Part shown: piece after piece, positions 51,397-64,000 of the stretch | Layout: each line of letters begins with the position of its first letter | Numbering within the stretch: position 1 is the first letter of the stretch | DNA from: Podarcis vaucheri | Lineage: Eukaryota | DNA length: 64,000 bases | NCBI GenBank assembly: GCA_965113315.1 | Contig: OZ220368.1 | Direction: 5' to 3' (one strand) | Notes under the pieces: model-generated | What the model was told of the DNA's origin: nothing | Seen by the model: the letters and a program-made list of their open reading frames with translations, nothing else | Databases searched by the model: none | Program-made: the position numbers and the translations under genes

Positions 51397-52372
51397 ATAT
51401 TGAAATTGATATACTTTATTGTCACTTGTACAACTTGTATACAGTGAGATTACATGAGCACCCCCCCTCAGCTCTCTTAGTCTTAATTCCCCTCGTTTAC
51501 TGATGCATACCCACCAAACCCGAAAATCAGTTGCCCTGTTGTTATCTTTTCATTCAGCAGCCTAACAGCCCATGGATAGAAGCTGTTCTTTACCCTGTTG
51601 GTGCGACTAATCATGCTTCTATATCTTCTGCCTTAGGGCAGGAGATCAAGAAAGTTCTGGCCAGGGTGTGAATAATCCCTGAGACTTTTCCTCACTCTCC
51701 TGAGGCAACGTTCGTCCGCTATTTCATCTAGCGGATTCACGGGACAGCCCGTAATATCTTGTGCTGTATTCACCACCCTCTGTAGGCACTTCCTATCAGA
51801 TGATGTCAAACCAGCATACCACACTGTGATGCAGTATGAAAGGACACTTTCTATTGTTGACCCGTAGAAGGAGATCATCAGATGTTGATTGACATTGTTC
51901 TTCCACAATACTCTGAGGAGATGGAGTCTCTGTTGGGCTTTCTTAACCACCTGGGTTGTATTTAGTTTCCAAGTAAGGTCTTCACTGAGATAAACTCCTA
52001 GGAATTTAAAGGAAGAGATTCTCTCCACACAGCCCTCCCCGATGTACAGCGGGGCTAGTTCTCCTCTCTTCCTCCGAAAGTCCAACACCATCTCCTTTCT
52101 CTTGCTGATATTAAGGTGCAAGTTGTTCCCTAGGCACCATGTAGATATTTTTTGGACCTCACCTCTATACGCTGATTCGTCTCCACCTGTTATTAAACCC
52201 ATTATGGTGGCGTCATCTGCAAACTTAATAACTGCAGTAGATGGGTTAGATGATACACAATCGTATGTATACAATGAATACAGGTAGGGACTTAGCACAC
52301 ATCCCTGTGGTGTGCCAGTGCTGATTTCTAAGGAATTAGATGTTACATGTCCAATCCTCACTGTTTGTGTGA
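51397..52372 (-). mobile_element. Rex1/Babar-like LINE, 5'-truncated (RT C-terminal part)
   Basis: ORF 51633-52388(-) reads STGTPQGCVLSPYLYSLYT.DC...KFADD...LNISK.KEMVLDFRR...FKFLG...KKAQQRL. The 3' end is tgacaataaa plus a caatt-type tail. Confidence 0.85.
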
Positions 52373-52878
52373 TGGGCTGGATATACATTCATACATAAAT
52401 AGAGAAATTATCTGTTGTCCATTCAGAGCAGCATCCTGGGTATTCTGTTTTAATTTTAGAATTTTAGTTTTATTATAATGCAACAATTTTCATGTAAATA
52501 TTTATTATGTAATTTGGAATGTGTTTTTGTTTTTCTAGTCTAGATAGGAAAACCTGCCTTGAGACATTTAACTTTGGGTTGAATGAGAAGGATGGTGTGT
52601 AAACTGTTCATAGGAAGGGGATGGGAACTGAAGCAGTACTAATCACCATTTCTACACATGTACAATCAAACCAAAGTCTACTCATTTCTTTCATTACTTC
52701 ATATTAACATTATGATATGCGGAATCTATGTTCTTATTAAATTAGTGTGTGGGTAATGGAAAGCCTTTGTGAAATCTAGTCAGCCAAATGCCAGAATTAA
52801 ATATATATTGTATAACATATTTTGAATTTCTGATTTATAATAATGGCAAATTAATATTCTTTCCCCTGTTTCTCCCAG

Positions 52879-52993
52879 GTATCATTGATTTTCTTGTGAG
52901 TCCACATCCAATTGCCAAAGTGTTGCGTGATCATTTGGTCTTCAAGATTGCGCCGATGCTTAATCCAGATGGAGTTTATCTTGGCAATTACAG
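52879..52993 (+). CDS. AGBL4: AGBL4/CCP6 next internal coding exon (115 bp; probably equivalent to human exon 8)
   Basis: Acceptor ttcccctgtttctcccag| and donor |gtatga. Joins the previous exon in frame (G|GT = Gly) and reads IIDFLVSPHPIAKVLRDHLVFKIAPMLNPDGVYLGNYR, with the NPDG motif typical of CCPs. Confidence 0.95.
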
Positions 52994-54919
52994 GTATGAG
53001 TTTTCATTCCAAGACTGTGGAAGTTTGCTTATAATGTGCATTGTAATTAAAGCAAATATTGTATGTTGCCAGAAAATAGGGGTGAGAGGTTAAAATGGTG
53101 GCACGAGGTACCATCAGTTCAACTTTATTCAGAATAATAGATTGATGATGAAATGATGTTTTTAATACTGCATACTTTCTTGAATGCAGGAGTCAAATTT
53201 CACTATACTTTGTTCAGCTTTGTTTCATTTTGCCAAAAGCTAAACAAAAAAATATCCCAACCAGCCAACCTTTACACAATTTAACCGGAGTTTTCCTTCC
53301 TCTTTTGGAGTTACTCAACAATAACTGAATGCATTCCTCCCAATTAATACTTTACTTTTATAGCTCTGGATGCTCTGAGGAAAGTAGTAATGTTATCCTG
53401 TGTTACTTTTGCTCCATTTTTCATACCTGAAATTCCTCTTACCCTTCTCAGTAACTCTCAGGCCAAATCAGGTGTTCAACCAAAGCACATGCTATGTCCT
53501 GGGACCATACCACTTAAGAATCCAGGGTGGAAGAATAATGTTGTAAGCCTCTCTGCATTTTGAAATTAAACAATTCAGGGAGAAGCTTTCAGTATGGAAG
53601 CATTCATGTGAAGCATCATTCAGGCTTCCATTTTGAAGTATCATGAGGCCTTCTGTGGGGAAGGAGAGGTTAATGCTCAGAAATTAGTGCTATAGGTCAG
53701 ATTTTCTATCTGTGAAGCACACAAATTCTGTTGTAAATGCTTGGATGCTGCTGAGAAGGCCCCACAATTCAAGAATTGTTTTGCCTCTGTAGTAGAAATT
53801 TGAGGTAGGGGTAAGATTATGTTGTAGCAATAACTGTAATAACTACAGCGAAGTAACTTTTCTTACCTGCATGCATTCATCCACCCTTCATTGATTTTTT
53901 GATTTTTGTGTAAGCAGGGTTATGATAATTTATGGTGACTACAACTGAGGTGCCCAATATTTCTTAGACACATCTGGCCCATCATTTTCAGTGTCCCCTG
54001 AGAAGCTAGGTATTATTACAAAAAGAAAATTATATTTCGTTCCTTAATTGCTGAACTGATAGCACATTATAATTTTAGCCTTTTCATCAGATGCAGGAAA
54101 TTTAGCTATTCTGAAGTAAAAGGACTGCTAATGAGGTGGATGGAAAAGCATTAGATTTGCTTGCATTTCACCACACCATTTACAAAAATGCCTAATGTAA
54201 CTAATAACTTAAAAATGAATATAGTAAGCAGAATGCTGCCTATTATTGGAAGAAGGATATTAAAATCTTGATAATGTGAATACTTGATGGCTATTGAATA
54301 ATTCACAGCAAGAGTTTCATTTGCTGAAGTTTACTGAATGACCTTTTATCAGTCCCATTTGAAATCTGAGTTCTGGTACTCCAGTAAAATGTAGTTTCAG
54401 TGTGATCCACCAATTAATTAAGTCAGTGTTTCTGGATTTAAGTTAATTTTGCTGAGAGAAGTACCCTGCCTAAACTGAATTACACTCCACACCACTAGCT
54501 GCGTGTGACAACGTACTTAGTACCTTCTTCTAGCAGTTATGGGATGTATAAAATATCCTTTAAATGTTAGTCTGGCATGGTCAGCATTAATCAATGTCAT
54601 TTATTGTTGGGCAGCAAACCAGAATAATTTCCCTATGTTGCCACTATGCTGTTGAAGATAAGGCTGTATCGGCCTCATTAGTCATTAGCCATTTTTGCCA
54701 GGTCTTAGATAGAAGCAGTATGCTGCCTCTATGCATCCTGTGCTCTTGACCCTGAATATATTTGTTTGAGTACTTCATATCATGCTGATTTGCTGCTGCT
54801 GCTGTTATATTTATAACCCACCCTTTATTAGCAGGTCCCAGATACATTTCCCAATGCAAATTAATTATCCCACTTCCTAAACATCTATTACTTATCTGTA
54901 TTGTTTGATCTGTATTGTT

Positions 54920-55273
54920 GGGACGCAGGTGGCGCTGTGGGTTAAACCACAGAGCCTAGAACTTGCCAATCAGAAGGTCGGCGGTACGAATCCCCGCGAC
55001 GGGGTGAGCTCCTGTTGCTTGGTCCCTGCTTCTGTCAACCTACAGTTTGAAAGCATGTCAAAGTGCAAGTAGATAAATAGGTACCGCTCCAGTAGGAAGG
55101 TAAACGGTGTTTCCGTGCGCTGCTCTGGTTCGCCAGAAGCGGCTTAGTTATGCTGCCCACATGACCTGGAAGCTGTATGCCGGCTACCTCAGCCAATAAA
55201 GCGAGATGAACGCAGCAACCCCAGAGTCGGTCATGACCGGACCTAATGGTCAGGGGTCCCTTTACCTTTACCT
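54920..55273 (+). mobile_element. Sauria SINE, full length
   Basis: Starts gggacgcaggtggcgctgtggg, has A/B boxes and an (ACCTTT)n tail, with a short tattgtt flanking duplication. Confidence 0.9.
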
Positions 55274-56589
55274 ATTGTTTGATCAAATTGTACAAAGTGC
55301 AATCCACAGGAGATTAGACAATACTAGTAGTACCTAGAACTGGTTGATGCCCAGACACTTTGTTGTTCAAGAGGATGTAGCAGAAAGCTTGTGATTTTGT
55401 TACCCAGTCAACATAGTTCTGTCCTGTTTCTGCATCCATGTTCAACTTTTCTGAAAAGCACAAAAATCTTTTAAACATTTATTTCTCTTTACAAAATACA
55501 CTGTTTCCTACAAATTTTCCTAAAGCATACATTTTTATACTTATTTTATCTTCTCTATACATTTCAACCTAAAATATGCTTCAGGGGGTGATTTTTTGAG
55601 CCAATAAGTATTTCACAAGATTCTGCAGAGTGTGAAACCAAAGGATAAATGCATTCTGATACACATACTCATCCTGAAAGTGAGAATCAGGTCCGTTTGC
55701 TTAACAATGTGGACCTAATGAAATCTTCGCGCATTCTCCCTGCGAAACATTCAGATAAATACGATTCCATAATCTTTAATGCTTGGCAACTTCTGAGCAA
55801 GATCCTTTTTTTGGATTTTGGATATGTCTTTTCGTGTTTCCCAGCAGTTTACCATTAACACCTTCTGGATATATTCCGATACCTACGGCAACAATAGACA
55901 GGCCAAGGAAAGGCAACATAGTACTCTTGATTTAAAAGCTGCACCTCCTGAGGCCTCTGCTGAACTTTCCTTTATCCCAAGCTTGCTCTAAACTTGTCAC
56001 TGTGTAGCTGAACGAGTGAAATCTGTTCCTGCAGGCGAGACGGCTGTAATTGTGCCATCTTCAGCTTAGATTAGTTCCAATTTGTCATTCTCACTTTGCC
56101 GAGATGAGAGACCCCAAGATGGCATGGAAGGGAATATGTTTTTTAATAGTGGCAGATCTCTGCTGAAGCACCCTTGAAATGCGGTGACAAGGCAGCGGCA
56201 AAAGATGCCTACACTTCCTCTGAAAGCTTTGTAGTCTATGAATCGGGAGCTAGCAGGTAGCAGCTGCTGTTCTCTATTCCACACCCTTTCATTATTGCTT
56301 TCACTTATTTGCTGTGACAGTGACACACGTTGGGCAAGGAAAGTATACATGCTAATTATAACATGCAGACCTGTCACATCTCAAACCTGAAATCTTTGCA
56401 GTGTCTGTGCTGGTAGGAAAAGGTCTTTCTGCTGCTCTCTCTATATACTAGCATGGTGTTAAGGGTCAGTGGTGATAGAGAGCTGTCTAACTTTTATAAG
56501 CGCCTTCCTATTTCACTTCAGTGCTTCCCATAGGATGTTCTGAAGCCCAAACAGAACATTACATACAAATGTCTGTAACAATAACCTGA

Positions 56590-56742
56590 TAAGCATTTAA
56601 CAACAACAACAACAACCACCACCACCAGAGTGGCTGGTTTCCCCAGCCACTCTGGGCTGCTTCCAACAGAATATTAAAATACAATAACCAATTAAACATT
56701 AAAAGCTTCCCTAAACAGGTCTGCCTTCAGATATCTTCTAAA
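56590..56742 (-). mobile_element. L2 3' fragment
   Basis: ctggtttccccagccactctgggctgcttccaacagaa...cttcagatatcttctaaa matches 25915-26025. Confidence 0.7.
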
Positions 56743-59700
56743 GGTCCCCAATAAAATATTTGAGCTCCCTACCAAAGTCGATGGACATTGCCATTCAAAT
56801 GGTGTGCATGCGCCACATTATGTGATCGATTCTGTGGGGCAATGCTTCCCTGCTTCCCTCTCCCCCCCCCAATATTTTATTCAAGATGGCACCCCTGGTC
56901 ATGAGCAACATGGTTAAGTGACCCTTCCCCACTGTTTTTCCATTCCTGATCACCCTCACCGCACTGGAAGATGTGAGATGGATGGGATCTTCTCAGTGAT
57001 CTAGTCAGTCACAAATGTGTAGGTATGCATTATGAGGATGTGGAAACAAGTACATATTATTCTTATCTCAGCACATCAGTTCAGTCCTTCTAGAATCCAA
57101 AATGTTTAGCTTCTCAGCTCTGCTTGATGTTCAACTCTTTTGGACAGGATTGACTCCAACAGACAGGAAGTGATCGTGGAGGGGTATCATTTCCCCCATT
57201 CATATCCCTTAGCTTTCAGTCATCATATATTCATATTTAATGTATATATATCTTCTCCCCCCCCCCGAAGAACTGGTCTTACTACTCCTTCACACCCCCA
57301 AACTTGTTTTTTTCCTATGGAGTCACTCTTGTTTTTCACCCCAACTCATGTCATTCCCCTCCCACCCAGTGTATATTGAGGAACACCCATCGGCAGATCA
57401 AGGTTCCCCAAATGCATTCTGAACTGGCTTTAGAAAAAGAGCAATATAATTGCCTATTAGTATTCCTAGTATCCTACTAATAAGGAGGCCATGCAAAGCC
57501 CAAAGGGAGGCTTTTAATAATAGGACAGGATGACTTACACCAATAGCATTTCGGCATGGTGATTCCTTCCCCTGCATTTATTGAATTTTGTGTTGCATAA
57601 CCCTAAAATGTTTAAATCTGAATTTAATGCAATTACAGTTTAAAACTGTATATAAAGCTGCACCTGCCACAATTCTACAACAAAGGAAGTCTGGTGACAA
57701 CTTAAAGCCTTACAAATTTGTTATGTAGTTTGCAAACTACAGTCTGCTTCATAAAATGCAAGTTCCTGAAATATATGCCTTAATAAATTTGTTAATTTTG
57801 TTACTAAGCTGCTAAGATTCTAAGCTGCAAGAGGCTAACATGGCTACTGCTCTCTAAATTTTGAAACAGAACAAATTGGGTTGGATCAAAAGTTGTGCAA
57901 GCAGGAAGTGCTTTTTTGTAGAAGTGTCTCCCACGATGACACCACCCACCAAATAGGCTTTTCTGAGAGTGCAAGGGACTTTAGTACAGCAAAAGCAACA
58001 GAAAATATTTGTTACATGAGCGGTCTTATAGTTGTGCAATTTTAGATCCTACCAATTAATGTTATTAACCTCAGACTAGCACATTTTTGCCAGGTAGGAA
58101 GGAAAATAGCTTTTCCCAAGGTAGCAAAACAAAACAAAAACCAATCCAGCCATGCATGGGATAAGCTGGTAAATAAATCTTTCAAACCCAAGAGCACACA
58201 CAAGCATGCAATGGTTACTTAGAGATTTGTTCCTCTGAAGGCCATCTCACAAAGGGAGAATAATAGTGTCCCCAGTGGATGCTGTCCAACCTGAAATCAT
58301 CACTCAGTGCAAAAACCAAAAAGCCCAAACTTTCTCCTTCCCAGCTGGCATCGAACTGAAATTATACTAAGACCTGCTAGGAAGAGATAATAAGGAATCA
58401 CAATCTTGTTGTTTATATGTGGAAGTAGCATGATCCTTAGGTGAGGAATCTGCAAGAAAGATGGCAAAAAGAAAACCTTCTGTGGAGTTGAGAGCCTTTC
58501 CTTTCTTTCTGAGTCACTATTCCCCCTTTTATCTCCTCTTCACATGCTCCTGGGAGAATGTGCTTTTCCCCTCCTTTGCACTCTGGTGAAGATAGTGAAT
58601 GCTGATGAGAGAATGCCCTGCTAGGGGGATGCTCCAGGCAGTCATTTGCTAGACTTATTCTTAGGAAGTTCGCAATGTGCCCAATTAGTTGGGGGAAGCG
58701 ATGGGGAGCCAGCGTTAACAAATTCAGTTACACCCACCTACTTTAGAGAAGGAATGCCACAAAGCGCCACTCTTTCTCTGTTTTCACCTCTGTTGAATGG
58801 AGCTGGATACATTTTTATTTTTGTTATTTGCAAAATATAGTGCCTGTGATACCTGAAAGAGGATTCAGTATTATTTCTACTTTCAAATGGAATAACATGG
58901 GAAAATGTGAGGACTGCCTACTCTATTGTCCTATTTCCCAATCCATCCACAGCATTTTTTTAATCAGGTCTCATTGTTGGTTGATTTATCTGACCCTCTA
59001 GGATATTATTGTAAAAATAATGGCATTCATATCTGTATAACCTGCCTTGGAATTTAGGATGAGATAGATTTTTTAAAAATAAATAAAACAAAACACACAA
59101 AGATTGTGATTGGGTGAATGGGAACATTGGAATGGCTTGTATATTTCATTATCCCCCCCCCCTCTACCTTTCCTCTAAAGTTAGCATTGTATCTACATGG
59201 GCCTTGCCACAAACCATTGTTAGCTCCAAACCAAGCTCCCTGTTCTTTATTGTTTCACCTACTAAATGACTGGCCCTGATGCTGAAAACAGGTTTCAGGA
59301 TTGAGACCAAACATTTGAGGGCTGAACGCTGCCTCAAGGCAAGAGCGCCTGTCCCCTGGTCCATACCCAGTGTTATACCTACTATTACCAAAGCATTTGG
59401 GACTGTTGTTTCAATGCACCACCAGATAAACATAACATGTTAACATTGCAACAGTGGTTTCCCGCCACCATCTTCCTTTGGGTTGAAGAAGAATTCACTC
59501 TCACATGGAAACTTGTTTCCACATTTACAGTATCATCCTATACTCAAAAGTAAGTTTGTGTGAATTCAATGTGGCTTGCTTCCAGGTACATGGGTGCAAC
59601 CTAAGTAGCACATTAAAGGTTCTGTATGACACCCCAGTCCTCCTCAGGGATTCAGACTGAAAACATGAAGGCAAATGTGTATAGGGGGGAAAGGGCAGGC

Positions 59701-59836
59701 ATTTTGCCAAACACACCCCCATTTTGCCAAACACACCAGCACTTTTTTCCTAGAAGAAAAGCACTTACTGTAACAAATTTATGGTAAGTACCAGCAATGA
59801 CCCCAGCCATGTTCCCATATTTACTAGGCTCATCCC

Positions 59837-59962
59837 TAGGGTTGCCATACGTCCAGATTTTCCTGGACATTACCAGAATTCCAAAGGCAGAACTGATGTC
59901 CAGGGGGTTTCCTTAAAAAAGCTCAACAACAACTTTCGGGGTGTTGAAATATGGTGACCCTA
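59837..59962. mobile_element. hAT MITE
   Basis: TIRs tagggttgccata / tatggtgacccta. Perfect 8-bp TSD ctcatccc at 59829-59836 and 59963-59970. Confidence 0.85.
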
Positions 59963-60023
59963 CTCATCCCTGACCTCCTGACTTTTTCATGTTTAGTGTG
60001 GCAGTCTGGAGGGGACTTGTGAG

Positions 60024-60420
60024 CAGGGTCGTCTGAAGCATATCCTGTGCTGTGGTGCAAAGCTCCCTCCCACCCACCCACCCCGTTTCCTAGAGTTGTC
60101 CACCTTTTTTTAGGGAGGACGGTGCTGCCGGTGGGGCTGGAGGAGGTGGGCAGTGGCTGGAGGGTGGCTCCTCCGTCGGGAAAGAGGCAGAGGCTGGACA
60201 CGGCGCCTCCCGGCTCAGCTGGACGCTTCATGTTGTGGTGGCCACGGCAGATGGAGGCGCCAGGCGTGGCGCTGCTTCGGTGCGGCATGGCTGAGGCAGG
60301 CGAGGGCGGCGAGCTAAGCCAGGAGGCGCCGCGGCCAGCCTCCGCCTCTTCCTTGGCGCCCTCCAGCACTTGGCACCCTGGCACCCCGCACCACTAGCCT
60401 CTATGGGTAAGACACCCCTG
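60024..60420. mobile_element. GC-rich non-autonomous hAT element
   Basis: Ends cagggtcgtct / agacacccctg. Perfect 8-bp TSD cttgtgag at 60016-60023 and 60421-60428. Confidence 0.8.
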
Positions 60421-61714
60421 CTTGTGAGCATATCTGGCTGAATATTCTTAGGATCTTCCTAAAACTGAGAGTTCTGTCTTAATGTGAGCTCCCAGTCAGG
60501 GCCAGCCCACCCATGAAGCCCACTCACTTCAGATAGCAGAATCCCATGAGGCGCCACTCCACCTTCTAAGCTCATTAATCCAAATGTATTAAGAAACCCC
60601 TTCAGACTTTCCTGCTGAATGTGGGGATTTGGGAGCCCCTGCGTCACTGAGGGTGGGCTGGTGCGTGTGCTCCTTTGTGTTCCTAATTCTATCCCAGACA
60701 CATTCATTCTCATGCGATCAACACTCACTATCATGTGGTAAGGGCAGATTTGATAGTTTTGTACTAAACACACTGCCTCTTTCTCTGTTAAGCCCAAGTC
60801 TTAGTTTTAGTTTCATTTCATGTACCGGTATGTGTAATTTATAAATTACTTCAAGTTGTAACGGGGAATATCCATCTCAGGATGACAAAACAAAGCTCTT
60901 CATGGGGCTTATTTTTCCTAATTAGGCATTTGTCATTGCAAGTGCTATATAGTATCATTATTATTTATATAGCACCTAAAAGTGTATATAAGTAAACAAT
61001 CATAAACCTACGAATAAATGTATTGGTTTATTTATGTTTCTAGGCGTAAAAAAATCTATAATTACCAGGTACAGCCACAGCATAACTGCTATTTAATGAC
61101 AATTCCTTTTTGTTACCATAGAAATGGGTCTGGAATAGTTACCTATAATTTCTCATTCCGATACCTCACACATGTTGTATTGCAGAATTACCATAGTAAT
61201 TGCCTATTAGTCATCATAAAATAAGCAGTTATCCTAAAGATATCTGGATACTGTGAAATTTCTCTTCAGTTTCTTCAAAACTTACCACTGCATGCATTCA
61301 TTTTCCTCTTGCAGAGTCTGAATGACAAAATCAAGAGTACAATTATCTCAGTGAAAGGCAAAGCTGTGGGGGCAGCTCTATGGGCAGAGCATTGTGTTCA
61401 GATGTGGGAAGCGCAATAACGGGATTCCACTCAGTCATGAAATTTGGGTTGCTCCCTGTTTCTCATCCTAATCTCTCTACATCATACCCTTGTGGTTATG
61501 TCTATAAACTAATAATTGCACAGTATTCTGTCTATTAAAATGTATTTACTTACATATTTTAAATATTTATTAACTGCCCTTTGGAAGAAGATTCTAGGGC
61601 AGTGAACAAAAGTGCAAAAGCAATTCACACAGTATAGATACAATCTTTTTAAAAAGCCTAAACAACAATAAATAATAAACTAAAAATACTAAAGTTAAGT
61701 AACAAAAGCATAGG

Positions 61715-61860
61715 CTAACAGAATTGTAGAGTTGGAAGGGACCACAAGGGTCATCTAGTCCAACCCCCCGCAATGCAGGAATTGTTTGCCCAACATGCGG
61801 CGTGAACCAATGATCATGCGATTAAGAGTCTGATGCTGTAGCGACTCAGCGACTCAGCTG
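61715..61860 (-). mobile_element. tRNA(Lys-like)-headed SINE with a CR1-type 3' tail (Squam2-like)
   Basis: Reverse complement: agcatcagactcttaatc...ggttcacgcc...gggttggactagatgacc...gtcccttccaactctacaattct. Confidence 0.65.
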
Positions 61861-61884
61861 TCACAGCAGTTCTAAGCAAAATTC

Positions 61885-62620
61885 CATCTCATAATGCCCA
61901 GACAAACAGGAAAGGCTTAACTTCACTCCAGAAAGATTGTAATGTTGCCACTAGACATGTCTTTTTAGGGAGGATATGCCAAAGTTGGGCTACCACCACA
62001 GAAAAGGCCCTCTCCTGTGTGACACTATCAACGACCTTTGTCCTTGAGGAAGCACAGAGTACAGTTTCTACTAACTTTGTACCTCTACAAAAGATCATAA
62101 GACATAAGCAGACTGGAATGGGAAGAGACACTCCCTCAGATACTGGGTCCCAAGTGAATTATTTGTTTATTTGATTTCTATACTGCCCTTATTCATAAGT
62201 GATCTCAGCATCTACAAAAATACATTAAAATTGTAAAAGATAGTATAACAAATTAAAAACAAATCTGAACTCCATACCAAATCAACAGCAGAAAGGGAGT
62301 CCTCAATTACAAACGGGCAACACTGGCTTTGTCTTCAGCTGGCACTAAAACTCATACAGTATTGGTGCCAGCCATATTTCTGGCAGGAGAGTGTTCCACA
62401 GTTGGGGTGTCACCACAGACAATGCTCTGTCTTGAGTCGCCATCCACTGTACCACAGTTCCTGATGGGACTTCCAAAAAGACCTCCCCTGCAGATCTAAA
62501 GACCCAGGCAGGTTGATATAGGGAGAGATGTTCCTGCACATATTTGTCCCCCAATTTATTCACAGCTTTACATGTCAGCAGCAACCTTGAAGTGGACTGG
62601 TAGCATATAGGCAACCAGTG
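61885..62620 (-). mobile_element. Two old L2-like fragments (about 61885-62150 and 62330-62620)
   Basis: Translations ERAFSVVVAQLWHILP and DRALSVVTPQLWNTLL match the L2 ORF2 C-terminal motif. Confidence 0.6.
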
Positions 62621-62738
62621 TAGATTTTACAGGTCTCTGCCGTTCACAGCAACAACCAATGTGACCTCTGTTGCATTGGTAAGATTGGCAGGGTATGCAA
62701 CCAATGTCTTTCTTTTGGGGTGGTACAGCTGATCAGGG

Positions 62739-63032
62739 CAGTGGTGTATCATGGGGGCCACAGGGGTGGTTGCCCCAGGTGCAAAATCATTAGGGATGCA
62801 AAATTTCAACAACCAGGGCTGCCTCAATACAACTGCACACTTCTTTTGCAGGGCTTCGTTGAAAACAGCTTCTCCATGCAAACCAGAAAGTGACCTCTCC
62901 AGAAAACAGAATGGCTCTCCCCCCTCCCCCTTATTTCTGTGCTTAAATGCATAAGCCATCTGTTTTCCTCCCTCCCTCCCACTAACCCACTCCACGCAGC
63001 CCCGGGCACTGGCAACCCACTCTATGTCACTG
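62739..63032. mobile_element. hAT-like non-autonomous element
   Basis: Ends cagtggtgta / tatgtcactg with imperfect 8-bp flanks (gatcaggg / gatgagga). The interior is the reverse complement of the family at 20870-21185. Confidence 0.65.
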
Positions 63033-64000
63033 GATGAGGAACAGGTAGTTTTTCACTTACTGTGAAAAATTATCAGAAATTCACTCCCCAGGACACCCAA
63101 AGACTAAAACAAAAACAAACAAACAAAAATCCCACATGTTTTAAACAGCTTTGGCACAACCCAAAATTATATGTAAGAAGCCATTCTCTTACTTGTAATC
63201 AGTTACATTTAAGGGACTGAGAATGAGGTAAAGAGCTCCTTGACTAGTTTTATCACCCTTTGGTCAGGGCGTACTAACAGGAACTGCCTTAGAGACAAGT
63301 ACCATCTTTTGCATGAAAATTGTGGTTCAAACATGTCTGTATCATACACATGTTTATGCATATATATGCATGTATATATTTCCATTCTGGTTTCACCGTT
63401 CATTTTGCTGACAGTTTTAAGTCAGTTTTTCAGTCATTTTGAGATTTTTCTTGCTGTTGCTTTAAAAAACTCCCTTGTAAAATGGTTGTCATCTCTTATC
63501 TTAAAACAAATACCAGCTTGCAAAAGGGTTTCTACTGCCTGATGCTGAAAATGCTCTTTATATTGATGTGGTAACTGCTCATTTAAACCATATTACAGCT
63601 CCTGAGTATTTTTCAGTTGCTATTGATGTGACAAATTCTCTTGCACAGAGGATTGCACCAATCAATAGCATGTGCGTAAGCGCTTTAGCAACAAAACCTC
63701 ACACTTTGGGATGTCAATTGAATCTGAACCTTTTTAGCAACATTAAATAAAGCATCCTTTACTTTTCTTTTGGTGCAGAAATGTCTAATTTAATCCGGCA
63801 TGTATAAAAGGCTGGGCAATTTTGTGGTGGCAGTCTTAATAATGTGTCATATTGTAGCTAGTTTGAGTGTGACTGCTCTGTCCTTCACCTTCTAGTAACA
63901 TTGATCTGAAAATACAAAGTAACCCATTTCCTCTCATGAGAAGATGGCACAAGGAGACCTAATGTGAGAGAATTGAAACCATAGTTCTTTTTATAACTGC

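Noticed and set aside
52788-53093. 101-aa ORF as a standalone gene
   Set aside because: Only 52879-52993 is exon (canonical splice sites). The rest is intronic read-through, and likewise for ORF 23894-24076.
59923-60431. GC-rich ORFs / CpG-island-like promoter
   Set aside because: Bounded by hAT TIRs and an 8-bp TSD, so transposon interior rather than a host promoter or gene.
61790-61860. tRNA-Lys gene
   Set aside because: Degenerate, does not form a full cloverleaf and is fused to a CR1-type tail, so a SINE head. The same applies to the tRNA-like heads of the other SINEs.
52994-64000. Next AGBL4 exon (expected to start ...CSLMGFDLNR)
   Set aside because: No such sequence seen; it presumably lies beyond the window.

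Overview
Vertebrate genomic DNA, most likely a squamate reptile (Sauria/Squam-type SINEs, BovB, L2, CR1 and Rex1; the SINE and L2 variants suggest a lacertid lizard, which is inference). Almost the whole window is intronic sequence of AGBL4 (cytosolic carboxypeptidase 6, + strand). Only two coding exons are visible: 23979-24068 (carrying the HPGE zinc-binding motif) and 52879-52993. The rest is transposon-rich intron with two N gaps and several repeat-free blocks that may be conserved non-coding elements. The standout is a set of Penelope-like element (PLE) insertions carrying five minimal hammerhead ribozyme motifs in two families. (1) A young ~2 kb GIY-YIG PLE in a (TA)n microsatellite forms an 842-bp inverted repeat, with two tandem sense-strand hammerheads 149 nt apart and one antisense copy (5601-7571). 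(2) Two tiny insertions consist of little more than a hammerhead plus a PLE-type terminus (17563-17725, and 45195-45283 with an exact 11-bp target-site duplication nested inside another retroposon). Most short ORFs in the track are spurious or are transposon fragments. Repeat family names come from recognition, not from database searches.
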